A DNA stretch of 64,000 bases from Octopus sinensis (GCF_006345805.1 NC_042998.1:35402001-35466000), one strand, 5' to 3'; counted from the stretch's first letter, positions 35,817 through 48,329 are shown. The notes: generated by a model from the sequence alone, not told the origin. A program made the numbers and translations.

Positions 35817-38398
35817 AAATGTAGCCAGAATATATTTAACTATTACTGAATCTTGTCTCCTCTTCGCATAATTTGCAGACTAAGCAGAGGATCAGATATT
35901 TTTACCGCTTAAACACTCACCCCCGACCACCCATATTTCGTTTCAGTAGCGAATGGAGCAACAAGCAAAAAAAAAAAACTCAAATGATTACCTATTTTTA
36001 TTCTCATTTATTTCTCTCCTTTTCCTTTTTTATTCTTCTTAAGCCTCCTAACATTCATCACTTTTATTTCTTGCTCCTGAAACACGGGGTGATTTTCTTG
36101 TTCGGTTATTTCAATTGCAGAAGATTAGAAGCATCTAATTTTAACCATTAAATCCGCCATCTGGTGATAGGCAACTGATCGATAACTGACACTTTAATCT
36201 GGCAGTGAATTAATATCTACCAATTCAATTTAAAGACAAAATTCGAAAAGATATTCCCCAGTTTTATTTATATTTGCTTCATGTACTTTCATTTAATCGA
36301 TGTTTCTCTCGTGACGACCGTGAATTGGTCAGAATGGTAAATTATTAAACGAAATGCTAAACAATATTCGATCCTGTTTTTTCGAGTTGCCAAGATAAAA
36401 ATCTTCTCAGGGTCAGCTATAACATTTTCAGTCGTTTGTTGCTGTTGTTGTTCGTGGTGGGGGCGCGCTGGTGGGAGGTAGCAAACACAGACACTAAGAC
36501 ACACACACATACACATATACGACGGGCTTCTTTCAGTTTCCGTTTACCAAATCCACTCACAAGGTTTTGGTCGGCCTGTCAAAGACAGCTTAAAAGAATA
36601 GAACTTCTGAAGGAAGTGTCACCATAACTGTGACAAAAATTGAATATATTTTCATAAGACAGCGTTGACGGCCGGGCATTAGTAATTACAGTAACAATAT
36701 TTATGAGTAAATACGAGACAGTATAGTGTGTGTGTGTGTGTGTGTACACACACGCACTGAGAGGACGCGAGTTAACATTTGACCCTCTGAAGTATACAGT
36801 GAAATCCTTTGCTTCGAATTCCCTGATGTTAATATGCCAAACTCTTCTGGCAGCAGCACTTTGAATTTCTCCACTACGGACTTTGTTACCACATGATAAT
36901 GGTCACTTCCTCCTCAGAATTCGTATCTTTGCAATTTCAATAGGATTCCTACCAACAAATTCTTTAAAATTTTCGCCCACATTATAGTTCAGAAATATGC
37001 CGTGAATACGTCTGTAGCTTTGTATGTATCAGAAACGATTTCATTTTTAACATCATCCTTTTCATAAACTCTTGCTGCCAAAGCACCAAACTCTACCTTT
37101 CTCATAATACCCAGACAGGCTCACGTTGATCTTTAGATTTTTAACTTCCATTGGATCCATATTGTAAAATACCAAGTTTGTAAGATGCCTAATCGATGTC
37201 ATGGAAGTATTCGTCAGAACCTAGAAAGAAAACACACAGCATGTCCTTGGGTATCAAGTGTTAACAAAAGAAGAATGGATGGAGTTCTTGTTCGTGGGGA
37301 CAGACATAATAAGGATATTAAAGATATAAAACCATGGATCAAGAAATCCAAAGTCTCGTTTCGTACGAGAACCTCTTGATATTCCCCCGCGTTGTCCAAC
37401 AATAACAACACCAGCTTAGAACCTTAATTAACTCATTTACCAGAAGCAACTTCAGTAGTGGAAGCGCAATGGCCCAATGGTTAGGGCAGCGGACTCGCGG
37501 TCGGAGGATCGCGGTTTCGATTCCCAAACCGAGCGTTTTGTGTGTTTATTGAGCGAAAACACTTAAAGCTCCACGAGGCTCCGGCAGGGGTGGTGGCAAC
37601 CCCTGTTGTACTCTTTCGCCCCAACTTTCTCTCACTCTTTCTTCCTGTATCTTGTCCCCGACGTCCTACGCAACCGCTGAGCCTGGATGCGCATTCATCC
37701 ATCCGTCGATGCTCTCGGTGTCGGGGATTGACCTGCTTTCTCTTCTGCGGGTCTTACGAATAGCAAAGGACCACGTTTCGGACTTCTCCCACTACTGGGA
37801 CGAAGACCGCTTCGCTCAACAACAACAGCAGCTTCAGCAAGGTAAAACTGCTAAAACATGACTAATGACTCAAACTAATTAGTCGATAACTCTGCTACAG
37901 CTTTTCCTTCAAGTATCTTCAGAGATCGATGAAAGAAAGAAAAAGGACCTGTGAAACACCATCATAGCTGTACTGTCTCCTTATAGCGAGTTATGTCTTC
38001 TATCTGGAACCACTTTAATTACATCAAGCTCATCTTTCATCTGCAAGGAAATTTAATTAACAAATTACAGTATTATATCTTTTTATCATTTTTACATACT
38101 GCAATGTTAGTAATCTAATAAAATATACATTTGTATAGCTCTATGAGGCGTACAATATTTTCTGTCATTTTGTTACTGTGAGTTATGTCTGTTTTCTCTG
38201 CTATTTTAACAACTTCTATGGAGAGAGAAAATTTAAGAATATATTGCAGAAATAAATAAATAGGTAGGCAGGTAGGTAGGTAGATAGATATATAGATAGA
38301 CAAGTAGATAGGTTGATAATTAGATAGGTAAGTAGGAAAGTAGATAAGTAGGTAGGTAGGTACGTGCGTACGTACGTAGGCAGGCAGGCAGAAAAAAC

Positions 38399-38430
<32 letters not shown>

Positions 38431-38432
<2 letters not shown>

Positions 38433-38698
38433 CTTTCTTTATTGGCCACACAGGGCTGAACACAGAGGGGACAAATACAAATGTAGAGCTTTTATTTTCG
38501 AAAATGAAAAAGAAGGGGTGGGAAGTAAAATTCCGATCAAAAGGGCCGGGGAAAAAAGCGATCAAAAGGGATCGTGTATCGCAAAAGAAATTTTTTAAAT
38601 GTAAGAAGCAAGATTAGGTTTATCCGTGGAAAGAAAAGCCTACGGAAAAGACCACGATAACCTCAGGCAGGGAGGGAATAAACACGTGAGAGCTAAGT

Positions 38699-38755
<57 letters not shown>

Positions 38756-41144
38756 TACAGGATCATGCTGAAAGTGGTTTCGTCACTCGCATGCACCATC
38801 TTTGCTACATTCACCCACCTTTTTTTTTTAAACTGCCTCTACATTCTCGCCTTCCTTTTCAAGTGGTACTTGAAAAAGTTGATGAGCAATTGGCCAGAGG
38901 GGTAAGTGTTTGTCTCTAATCCTTTCGCTCGGGTCCACCACACACATTCTTTCACCATGGTCACCATGGTGAAAGAATGTGTTTAATGTGTTGCGGTGGT
39001 GTTGTGCGTGGGTGATTCTTTGTTTTGGTATCATTTTCGGTTATGTTGGTGTTTGACCTAATGTATTCCATTAGGTCTGGGTTGTTGGTGTTTGTAGCTG
39101 TCAACATTGTTGGGAGGTTTGGTATTAGTGTGTTTGTGTTGATGCTTTTGTTTTCTGTGGGTGTTTTGGTTTCGGGGGTGGTAAACCTCCCCGCTTTGTT
39201 TGTCTGCTTCTCTATTCTTTTTCGCCTTTTTTTTCCTTCCCCCTGTGGCTATTTGCCAATCCTCTGTGTCGTCTTCATCTGACGACATGTCGAAGAAATC
39301 AGGGGGTGGGAGGGGAGAGTATTGGGATCTATTTTTGAGTGTGTTGATTTTGTTGTTGGTGTTAGTGGTGCTGTTTGGTGACAGTTGGGATGTGGTGTTT
39401 GGGTTTTGAGGGTGGGGTATGAGTCTTTTTGGTTTCCTCTTCTTCCTGTGGAGTTGTTCTTGGCGGTGGTGATGATGGTGTTGGTTCTGTTCTTGGTGGC
39501 GCTGGTGATGGTGTTGTTATGGTTGGGCTGACTTGTTGGTTGCTAATGTTCCTTCATTTGTTTATATAGTTGTTTAATTAGTTGTGCATACGGCGGTATG
39601 GATAGTAGTGCTGGTGAGCTGGTACAGGCGGCGAGCTGGCAGAAACGTTAGCACGCCGGGCGAAATGCGTAGCCGTATTTCGTCTGACGTTACGTTCTGA
39701 GTTCAAATTCCGCGGAGGTCGACTTTGGGGCTAAACACAGAGAGGACAAACAAGGAAAGACAAACGGATTAAGTCGATTACATCGACCCCCTTGCGTAAC
39801 TGGTACTTAATTTATCGACCCCCGAAAGGATGAAAGGCAAAGTCGACTTCGGCGGAATTTGAAATAAGAACGTAACGTTCGATTAAATAAGTACCAGTTT
39901 TGCACTGGGGTCGATATAATCGATTTAATCCGTTTGTCTGTCCTTGTTTGTCCTCTCTGTGTTTAGCCCCTTGTGGGTAGTAAAGAAATAGGTATGGGTA
40001 GTAGTGCTGGTTTTTTGTACGGTTTTTGGTTTTCTTGTGGTTGTTGTTTTTCATGATCTTGTTGTCGTTTTTGTTGCTGTTGTTTGTGTGCTAGTGGGCA
40101 GTTAGTTTTTAAATGTGTTTTACTACCTCAGACGTAGCAACTTGGCTTTCTGCCTTCGACGGCTACATGCAAGTTCAAATCCTCTGTCAATTGGATTCGC
40201 TGAGTAATTTTTTCAAAATTCACTAGATCGATCTGAGCAAGAATCTCGACTTCTTGGCCAATCCAGTTTTGCTGGTCTTGGGCAGCGATTTCCAATATAT
40301 GGATTTCGTCCTCGATGTCATAGCAAATGGCAGAAACGAGCCATTTTATTTCAATTTGAGGGGCACATTTTTAATTTTAACTTTTGTGACCTTACGACCA
40401 AGACATGTAGGGATCTTGAGGAGATTTTCATGTTGAAAGGACCTTGAGGAGAAGTCCTCAGCTCGCTCTTCGCTGTCGAATCTTACTTCGATCGTCCGTC
40501 ACAAACCTGTTTCCCCTCGTTATATAGTCTTTAAAGGCCCATATGGGCCTTAAAAAATTTTCCACATTTTCATTAGCGGCTTTTTCATGTACTTTTGATT
40601 TCGCGTTCAGTATCTTTGTAAATGATTTTTTTAAGGTATTTTTTGTAATGTTTTCAGGTGTCTGTAATTGAATGGTGACTTCATTTTTTGTAAACATTTC
40701 TTTGCAGGCAAGTAATTCTTCTTTGGAAAAATGCGTTATTCTTTTCTTTGGTTTCAAAGCCGCGGCAAAATTGTTATCGGTATTCGTGTTGGTTGTGGTG
40801 GTGGTAGCAGTGATGGAAGCAGTGATTATACTAGCAGAAGCATTCGTGCCTTCTAAGGCCTGTGTGCGTTCACGCGGAACAGCTTTGCTTTCAGCTTCCT
40901 TCGTCTCTAGCATGGCTTCGCTTAGCCATATTTGTTAATAAATATGGCAAGGAAATCGAAGAAAATAGAAATGTAAATATGTTTGAAGCAGCCCCTAGGG
41001 GTCAATTCAATTCCTCCTTTGAAAACACACTCAAACGAAAGCTGGGTGCTTTACATACCTTGTGTGTAAAATTTGGAGCAAATTGTGTGCAATAAAAGAT
41101 CGAAATAAAGGATTACTTGTGGAGCCGATACGACATCACGTCAG

Positions 41145-41145
<1 letters not shown>
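38431..41145 (-). mobile_element. Tx1/L1-like non-LTR derivative: ORF1 plus only the last ~65 codons of ORF2 plus 3' UTR
   Basis: ORF1 (40913 downward) contains LRPIWAFKDYITRGNRF, WLVSAICYDIEDEIHILE and the zinc knuckle VEGRKPSCYV*GSKTHLKTNC. The ORF2-like tail MVKECVWWTRAKGL..INFFKYHLKRK..KKRWVNVAKM ends at TAA 38755. The 3' end has aataaaag. (GATA)n tracts flank both ends. Confidence 0.7.
39625..39995 (+). mobile_element. Family B SINE with an inverted internal segment, inserted in the Tx1-like ORF1
   Basis: 39727-39876 is minus-strand SINE sequence. Flanking duplication ggtatgg(a/g)tagtagtgctggt. Confidence 0.8.
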
Positions 41146-41215
<70 letters not shown>

Positions 41216-41244
41216 GTAGGTAGGTATGTAGGTAGGTAGGTAGG

Positions 41245-41303
<59 letters not shown>

Positions 41304-42479
41304 CTGTGGGTAGCTGTGCATGTAGGTAAGTAGGTGGGTAGATAGGCAGATATGTAGAGAAAGGAAGGAAGGAAGGAAGGAAGGAAAGATTTTAACTGAA
41401 TTCACTTGCAGCATCCTTCTTACACTGCAGTATTCTCTTCAGAATTATAATGAAAGGCTCAAACTTTAGCAGCAAAGTTATTATTGATATTAAAACGAAT
41501 ACGTTTGTGAACACCTCAGTACAAGAATTAAGATCCTGGAAAAGCGACTAAGTGATCTCAATTGAAAGTAATTTACCTCACTTAACACGATCGATTCTCT
41601 TGTGTACTGCAGGAAAGCTCCATGTAAATAGATTTATGATGTTCCGTTTAAATCAGATTGGATAAAAGACGTTTATAGCAAAATTGGTAAATCATAAATA
41701 AGCGGGATCGTTTCAAGAAAATATGGTTTTGAGTGTCGCCTAACGCCTACATGTTGCTAACTTTTTATCGTTATTCCCTGTCTAATCAACTGTCCATGCT
41801 TAATTCAAATATTTAAAAATATGTAATCTGCAAACAATCCTGGCATTATTATAAATTTACTGCTTCATTTAAAGATTGTAAAATGAAATTCATATTTATT
41901 TGTTAAAAACATCGCTGAAGTGGTAAAGACTGACATCATTCCATGACAAAGTAATAATGAAAACAGTAAAAACAAAATGGAGAAAATGAAACACAAAAAC
42001 AGCAACATTTTAGCAAACTGTCTTCTGTCTGAAATGTTTAGAATTACAATTGAAATAAAAGTCAAACAGCTGTATTCCGACCGTGTGAAATGTCTTCTAA
42101 ACCTCGTAAAATACCTGAACACATGCACTTAACCCTGCTTTCATAATCGAAGGGACATCTATTGCAAGTAACATACTTTGATTTGGTAACTTTTTCCAGA
42201 AGCTAAGCGAAAATGAGCGAAGCATTGAATATTCTCGCAGTATGAAATAATGATGAACAATGACAGAAAGAAAGTGAAAAATGATTTAAAGCAGGATATT
42301 TAAACAGTTAAAGGTGACGGGTAAGAAACAAAGGAAAAGGGTAACAGATAAATGTTCAAGCGGATTGTAGCGGAGATTCGGGACCGAATCTCTGGATATG
42401 CGGTCATACATCACGATCAAGCCACAGCAGTTTCACATGATTGGCCTTATTAAGCATCAAACCAGAATCAAGTCATCGT

Positions 42480-42760
42480 GTAATTCAATTTTCCAGAAAT
42501 TTCTGCTTTTGCCCTACATAAAGCCACTTTAACGCCAAAACTCTTAGTAGAGTGTTGAGACAGGCCGACCCATTCACACATCTCGCCTCCTGCCTTGACA
42601 GAATGTTGAAGGCGGTTGAACGAAGTGCGTCCCAACTATTGCCAGAGACATTTCCGCAGACATCTTCAGGTTCTTGGACAGACCAAACTAAACCTTCACA
42701 CAGTATCTCACAAGTAGCTTCTTTGAACGCGGCACGTTTTCTCCATCTTTTCAAGAATGT
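42480..42760 (-). mobile_element. Possible very degenerate Tc1 transposase fragment
   Basis: RKCLW and HSVKAGGEMCEWVG resemble RKVLWSDE and TVKHGGGSVMVWG, across frameshifts. Confidence 0.3.
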
Positions 42761-43072
42761 AATTTTTGCTGCTATTATTTTTAAAAGACCAATTCGGCTA
42801 AAACTTTATGTACAATACTAAAATCTTCTGTTAAACGTTCACGAATGTTATTAATTACTTCTAGACACAGCCCTAGAAATACATTTCCATTCACCAAACA
42901 GCAAACACTACGTGTGACAAGATAAAATCAAAGTGGCAAAAAAAATGTTGCCGAAGAAAAAAAAATTGCAGATTCGAAGAAATGTTCGAAATAAGTGGGA
43001 AATCTACTGGCGAAAAATAAAAAGAATATATGTGAAAAGTGCTTTTTTTAATTATTCTGTGTGTGTGTGTGT

Positions 43073-43108
<36 letters not shown>

Positions 43109-43144
43109 AGTGTGTGTGAGAGAGAGAGAGAGAGGGGGGTAAAA

Positions 43145-43430
43145 ATTGGGTGAGGAGAATAGAGTGTGTACGGCAACGAGGACGCTAGAAATGCAGCAAA
43201 CAGAGTTGGATGGCGTGTAGAACGAAACTATGCGCGCCTGACATCTGGAACGCTGTCAGGCGGTCACTCCTGGACCAGTTGAAAAATGGGATGAAAGTTC
43301 CAATCTATAGAAGCTTAGAGGAGGAAAGTAGCGATGAAGTCATCGGAAAAGTTCTGGGCATCCGTGAAAATAAATTGTCTGGGATGTTTTAGATCGGTTT
43401 TTCGATGTAGATCTCCAGTCAGATCCCAAA
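43145..43430 (-). mobile_element. Degenerate 3' end of a CR1/L2/Jockey-type LINE ORF2
   Basis: TDLKHPRQF..FIATFLL*ASIDWNFHP resembles the SFFP..I..WN.LP C-terminal motif; followed by a CT/CA tract. Confidence 0.4.
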
Positions 43431-43504
43431 TTACATCTCATGAAGTGATTGTGGTCTTGATATATATTGTCTCCTCGTTTTGCAATCTGTAATAGTTGTT
43501 CTTA

Positions 43505-43826
43505 TTTGTCTTTTTAATTTTTATTTTTGTGACCTTACGACCAAGGTATGTAGGGATCATAAGGAGATTTTTATGTTGAAAGGACCTTGTTGAGAGGTCC
43601 TCGGCTCGCTCTTCGCTGTCGAATCTTACTTCGATCGTCACAAACCTGTTTCACCTCGGTATATAGTCTTTAAAGGCCCATATGGGACTTAAACATTTTT
43701 CCACATTTTCATTAGTGACTGTTTCATGTACTTTTGTTTTCGCGTTCAGTATCTTTGTAAATGAATTTTTAAAGGTATTTTTTGTAATGTTTTCCGGTGT
43801 CTGTAATTGAATGGTGACTTCATTGT
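43505..43826 (-). mobile_element. Tx1-like ORF1 fragment (second copy of 40365-40686)
   Basis: Colinear with the 40.4-40.7 kb segment and lacks its 4-bp cgtc duplication. Translates as TIEVRFDSEERAEDLSTRSFQH. Confidence 0.85.
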
Positions 43827-44020
43827 CTTTTGGTCTAATGCAATATCTAGCAAATTAGCTATCGTGAAATTGATGGTGATGGTTATACAACCATCACCAT
43901 CACCATTAGACCAAACACCCGGAATATTCCTGTCAAATTCTTTCAGAATCCACGTATGCCGTCCGTCTCCGTTTATATTGCATGACATTGCCAAACCATT
44001 CATTTCTGTAGGAACTTGAG

Positions 44021-44308
44021 ATTTGAGTAGAATGCATCAAGGATAATCACCTTCTAAGTTCCATGTTCAGACTTTATTTATGTCACTTGTCTGGTTGAAT
44101 AATGTTTTTATGCCTATGAAACCCCAAGTAATGGCAACATAAGTCACCAACAGTCCACCTACAAAATAAAGTCTACATAGTGTATTGGTTGCTCTATTCT
44201 TTCGTATGTGCACATTTGTTTTCGAGATCCAATTCTTTTTGTCTCTATGCATAAACTGGGAACAAGCTTTTGAAAATGAAGAAGCATCCCTTCCATATAG
44301 CTAACACC
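44021..44308. repeat. 288-bp dispersed repeat, copy 2
   Basis: See 35529-35816. Confidence 0.92.
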
Positions 44309-44329
44309 TAGAATGATTTATATTTCGTT

Positions 44330-45570
44330 CTAAATAAAGAAGATAAATGGCTCGATTAAGCGGTTCGCTGGGAAGCCTACTTCGCGAAAAAGAATCCCAA
44401 AACAATTGCCATTATAAAGTCATATAAGAACTGAATCCTGAAAATGTTCCAACGACTACACCAGAGAAAAGTGTAGAAAATGTTGGATTTGATCCCATCA
44501 ACATGATAAAAACGTGGTATGTCAGCATTGTACCAACTCCTCCTGAAAAACCTAGAACAATTATATGCGACTCTGAACAATCTCTAAAAAGGGAATATTC
44601 TCTTGCAGATAAAACAAAGAACATAACCGAACTAGATACCTATTTCTTTACTACCCACAAGGGGCTAAACACAGAGGGGACAAACAAGGACAGACAAACG
44701 GATTAAGTCGATTACATCGACCCCAGTGCGTAACTTGTACTTATTTAATCGACCCTGAAAGGATGAAAGGCAAAGTCGACCTCGGCGGAATTTAAACTCA
44801 GAACGTATCGGCAAACGAAATACGGCTAAACATTTCGCCCAGCTTGCTAACGCTTCTGCCAGCTCGCCACCTTTAATAACCGAACTAGATACCACGACCC
44901 AAGTTCTTAACAAACATGGCCAAAATTACAAAAAATTTCATCCTTCAACATACAATGGCATAAAACACCGAAAACAAAGAATTCTTTACCCTCACAGAAA
45001 TTAAAACACCACATAGATCGCTTCGCTATACAACCCCACACGCGTGCGCATTACACGTAGGGACCACAAACTTGATTTCCTCTGCAAGCCCCAAAAAGAT
45101 CCCCAATAAACTCCCAAGAAGTAAACTGGATGTAGCTAGTGAGCATGCTATCGAGATTATTAATCTTAAAATTAGAAATCAAACCAATGGAGCGGCAAGT
45201 CTCGATAATTAAGTTATTCTACGATTTTGAAAATAAAGCTGCCTTCAAGTTAACCCAGTTTGATATTGTGGATTTTTACCTCACCATGCCGAAATTATTT
45301 CTGAAAACTTTTGATTTCGTGAAATAATTTTTTTTTTATTTTCAGTGTCGTCATTTTTAACATTTCCATGGAAATCTGGTTTCGTGAGATTGTTTATCAT
45401 TGAAAACATCGGGAATCGAACCCGCGCCAACATCTATGGATTGTACAGACAATATGACTTGGAAAACTCCCAAAGCATAAACCGTTACATCATGTATAGA
45501 TTCGCAAGATTCGTTCTGAATCTATTCAAGGCGCCTCGACTAAATGTTTTCTTGTCGCCGTCAACCTGAT
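44330..45570 (+). mobile_element. Degenerate Penelope-like element, reverse transcriptase region
   Basis: VRWEAYF, LADKTKNI, KLTQFDIVDFY and YGLYRQYDL (YRDD-like) occur in the order expected for a Penelope RT. Interrupted by a SINE at 44641-44875. Confidence 0.75.
44641..44875 (-). mobile_element. Family B SINE with a clean TSD
   Basis: ATAACCGAACTAGATACC at 44623-44640 and 44876-44893. Confidence 0.92.
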
Positions 45571-45595
45571 AAGTATTTTTTAAGAAATTACAGCA

Positions 45596-45974
45596 GATTT
45601 TAATACAGCAACTTATTTTAATACAGGTAACAAGTTTTAATACAGGTAACAGATTTTTAGTACAGGTAACAAATTTTAATGCCGGTAACAAATTTTAATA
45701 CAGATAGCAAATTTTTCGTACAGGTAACAATTTTAATACAGGTAACAGATTTTTAATACAGGTAACAAATTTTAATACAGATAACGAGTTTAATACAGGT
45801 AACAGATTTTGATACCGGTAATAACTTTTAATACAGATAACACATTTTTCGTACAGGTAACAAATTTTAATACAGATAGCAGATTTTAATATAGGTAACA
45901 GACTTTAATATAGGTAACATTTTAATACAGGTAACAAATTATAATACAGATAACTAGATTTTAATACAGGTAAC
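45596..45974. repeat. Minisatellite with a 20-21-bp unit (ttttaatacaggtaacaaat), about 18 copies
   Basis: Direct inspection. Confidence 0.95.
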
Positions 45975-46955
45975 CCCAAAAGGAAGTAAAGCGGGAAGGC
46001 TGTGTTCCTGTATATGTGTAGATTCTTGTAATTACTACAGAATACACAAGTGTTTGGGGTTCGATCGGAGTACAACAAATCATCAATAATGTGTGTGTGT
46101 GTGTGTGTGGTGTGTGTGTGTGTACGTACACAGTTCAGCACATTATTTTGGACAAATCGGATTATTAACTTTACTATTGTTTTTTAGTTTACGTGCCTTT
46201 TTAAGTTTTCTTATAGTAATAAGGCGATGCTGTGGATACCTGGGCACTTCGAAGTGATTATACATATAGTGGATATCGTGGACAGTGGGAGTAAAGATTT
46301 CTATTGCAACAAACTGTGTTCCTCGGATGTCCAAGGAGTCTGTCATCTGTAATATTTTTTTGTTGTGTAGATGACTTGTGATACTGAGTTTCACATAATT
46401 CTTGCGAATGTGAAACACGCTGATGTGTTCTTTGTAGTTTGGGGCAAAACATTTTATGGATAGATAATGGATCATGCAAGACTGGCAGAATGACTTACCT
46501 GTCCAGCACAATGTTTGTACACCTATGTTGTTGTTTCTTTGTGTTCGCCGAACATGATTGCTTGTGTGCGCGCTCGGAATATCTGCGATTATATTGTTTC
46601 CCTTTTTTTCGTGTCTTTACGTACCGCCAATGTCGACTTTGTCTATCATCCTTTCGGGCTCAATAAATTAAGTACCAGTTTCGTACTGAGGTCGATCTAA
46701 TCGACTGCCTCCCACTCCCCAAAATTTTCGGGCCTTGTGCCTAGAGTAGAAAAGTATATTATTTCCCTGTTTTCAATACGTGATGTCTATTTTCTCTTGC
46801 AGTTAATTATTATCAATTATCTTTTCAAACTGGCAGAATCATTAGAACGCCGGACAAAATGCTTAGCAGCATTTCGTCCCGTTTTCACGTCTTGGATTCA
46901 AATTCCGCTGAGGTCGACTTTACCTCTCATCCCCTTTTGGGGTCGATAAAATAAG

Positions 46956-47583
46956 GGATCTTTTCCTTTTGAACGGCAGACAATTTCTAGTTAACTAAAC
47001 ACTTTAAAACTTCGTATACTGGTAGAATGTGTCAAAATAAAACATATTTTTTCTCTTGGCTTTCTTGAGAAAATTGTAATTTGTTTGTTTAACGTAGTTT
47101 AATTTTTCGAATTTTAACCAATCCTATGCTCTCTTTTGAGCTAAAATCATTTGCTGTGTCTAAAGCTGAGACAACATCCTGTCACTACCCCTAACCCTAA
47201 CCCTAACCCTAATTTTTTTTCTTAATTGTTAAATTAATTTAATTGTTACGCTGCTTTCGGTTTTTTATACGCGTAACAATTAAATTAATTTAACAATTAA
47301 GAAAAAAATAATTAGGGTTAGGGGGAGGTCTAGGGTTAGTTACAGGATGTTGTCTCAGTTTTAGACGCAGCAAAGGATTTTAGTTGAATGGCGGTAATCG
47401 ATTGGTTAAAATTGCCGAAATGCTCGGATTTTCAGATGAAATATCTTACAAACTATAGAATTTTCTCAATAAAGCCAAGAGAAAATTATGTTTTATAAAC
47501 ACATTCTACCAGTATACGAAGTTTAAAAGTGTTTAGTTAACTAGAAATTGTGTTGACATCTGCCGTTCAAAAGGAAAAGATCC
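46956..47583. mobile_element. 628-bp foldback DNA transposon with 8-bp TSD and internal (CCCTAA)n/(TTAGGG)n
   Basis: Ends GGATCTTTTCC / GGAAAAGATCC. TSD AAAATAAG at 46948-55 and 47584-91. Inverted symmetry runs nearly to the centre. It splits a family B SINE that resumes afterwards. Confidence 0.92.
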
Positions 47584-48053
47584 AAAATAAGAACTAATCA
47601 AGTACTGGAGTCGATGTAATCGACACTTCCCAACCCCCACAAATTCCAGGCATCGTACTTAGAGTAGGAAGGATTATTAATAACCCCTTCGTCGTTTGAG
47701 TTATGTTGTCCGATCTGATGATTGGCTGCAACTGATGTTCTTTAGTGTTTCTTGTATAAAGTGTTTTGGCGAATTGGGAGGGAGGGGGTAACATGTTTCT
47801 CAATGTTTGAATTAGAAGAGCAGTGAGCGCTAGTAATTATCTTTTGATTTGCTCCTTTCGGTCATTAGACTGTGGCCATGCTGGGGCATCACTTTGAAGA
47901 ATCTTTAGTCGAATGAATAAACACCCAATACTTTTTTTTTGTAAGTCTGGTACTTATTCTATCGGTCTCTTTTGCCGAACCGCTAATTTACCGGAACATA
48001 TGTGCACCAACACCGGTTGTCAAGCATTGGTGGGGGACAACACACACACACAC

Positions 48054-48091
<38 letters not shown>

Positions 48092-48135
48092 AATTGAAGT
48101 TGTAAGGTACTGCACGAGTGGAATTATAAATGAAA

Positions 48136-48271
48136 GTTTTAAAATGCAATTTTGAAAGATGTTTATTCACTTGACCGGTTTCACTTTTTCAGAAAAAGAT
48201 TGTTACTTTTGACAATCTTTTTCTAAAAAAGTGAAACCGGTAAAATGAATTTTAAAATTGCATTTTCAAAC
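48136..48271. repeat. About 136-bp imperfect palindrome
   Basis: accggtttcacttttt.agaaaaagattgt pairs with acaatctttttctaaaaaagtgaaaccggt; outer arms aaaatgcaatttt / aaaattgcatttt. Confidence 0.85.
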
Positions 48272-48275
48272 CTTC

Positions 48276-48329
<54 letters not shown>

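Noticed and set aside
36154-36167. CTCF/YY1-like motif CCGCCATCTGGTGA
   Set aside because: A single short match is expected by chance in 64 kb and cannot be supported without ChIP data.
36760-37235. Coding-like minus-strand region after a strong acceptor (possible BED-finger/hAT relic or exon)
   Set aside because: Stops in all frames and no confidently recognisable motif.
43871-43902. Perfect 14-bp hairpin tgatggtgatggtt/aaccatcaccatca
   Set aside because: Short and low-complexity; probably a local slippage or foldback scar at a TE junction.
46455-46505. DNGSCKTG (actin-like) peptide and a minus-strand CAG|GTAAGT donor
   Set aside because: The similarity does not extend, and no partner exon or frame was found.
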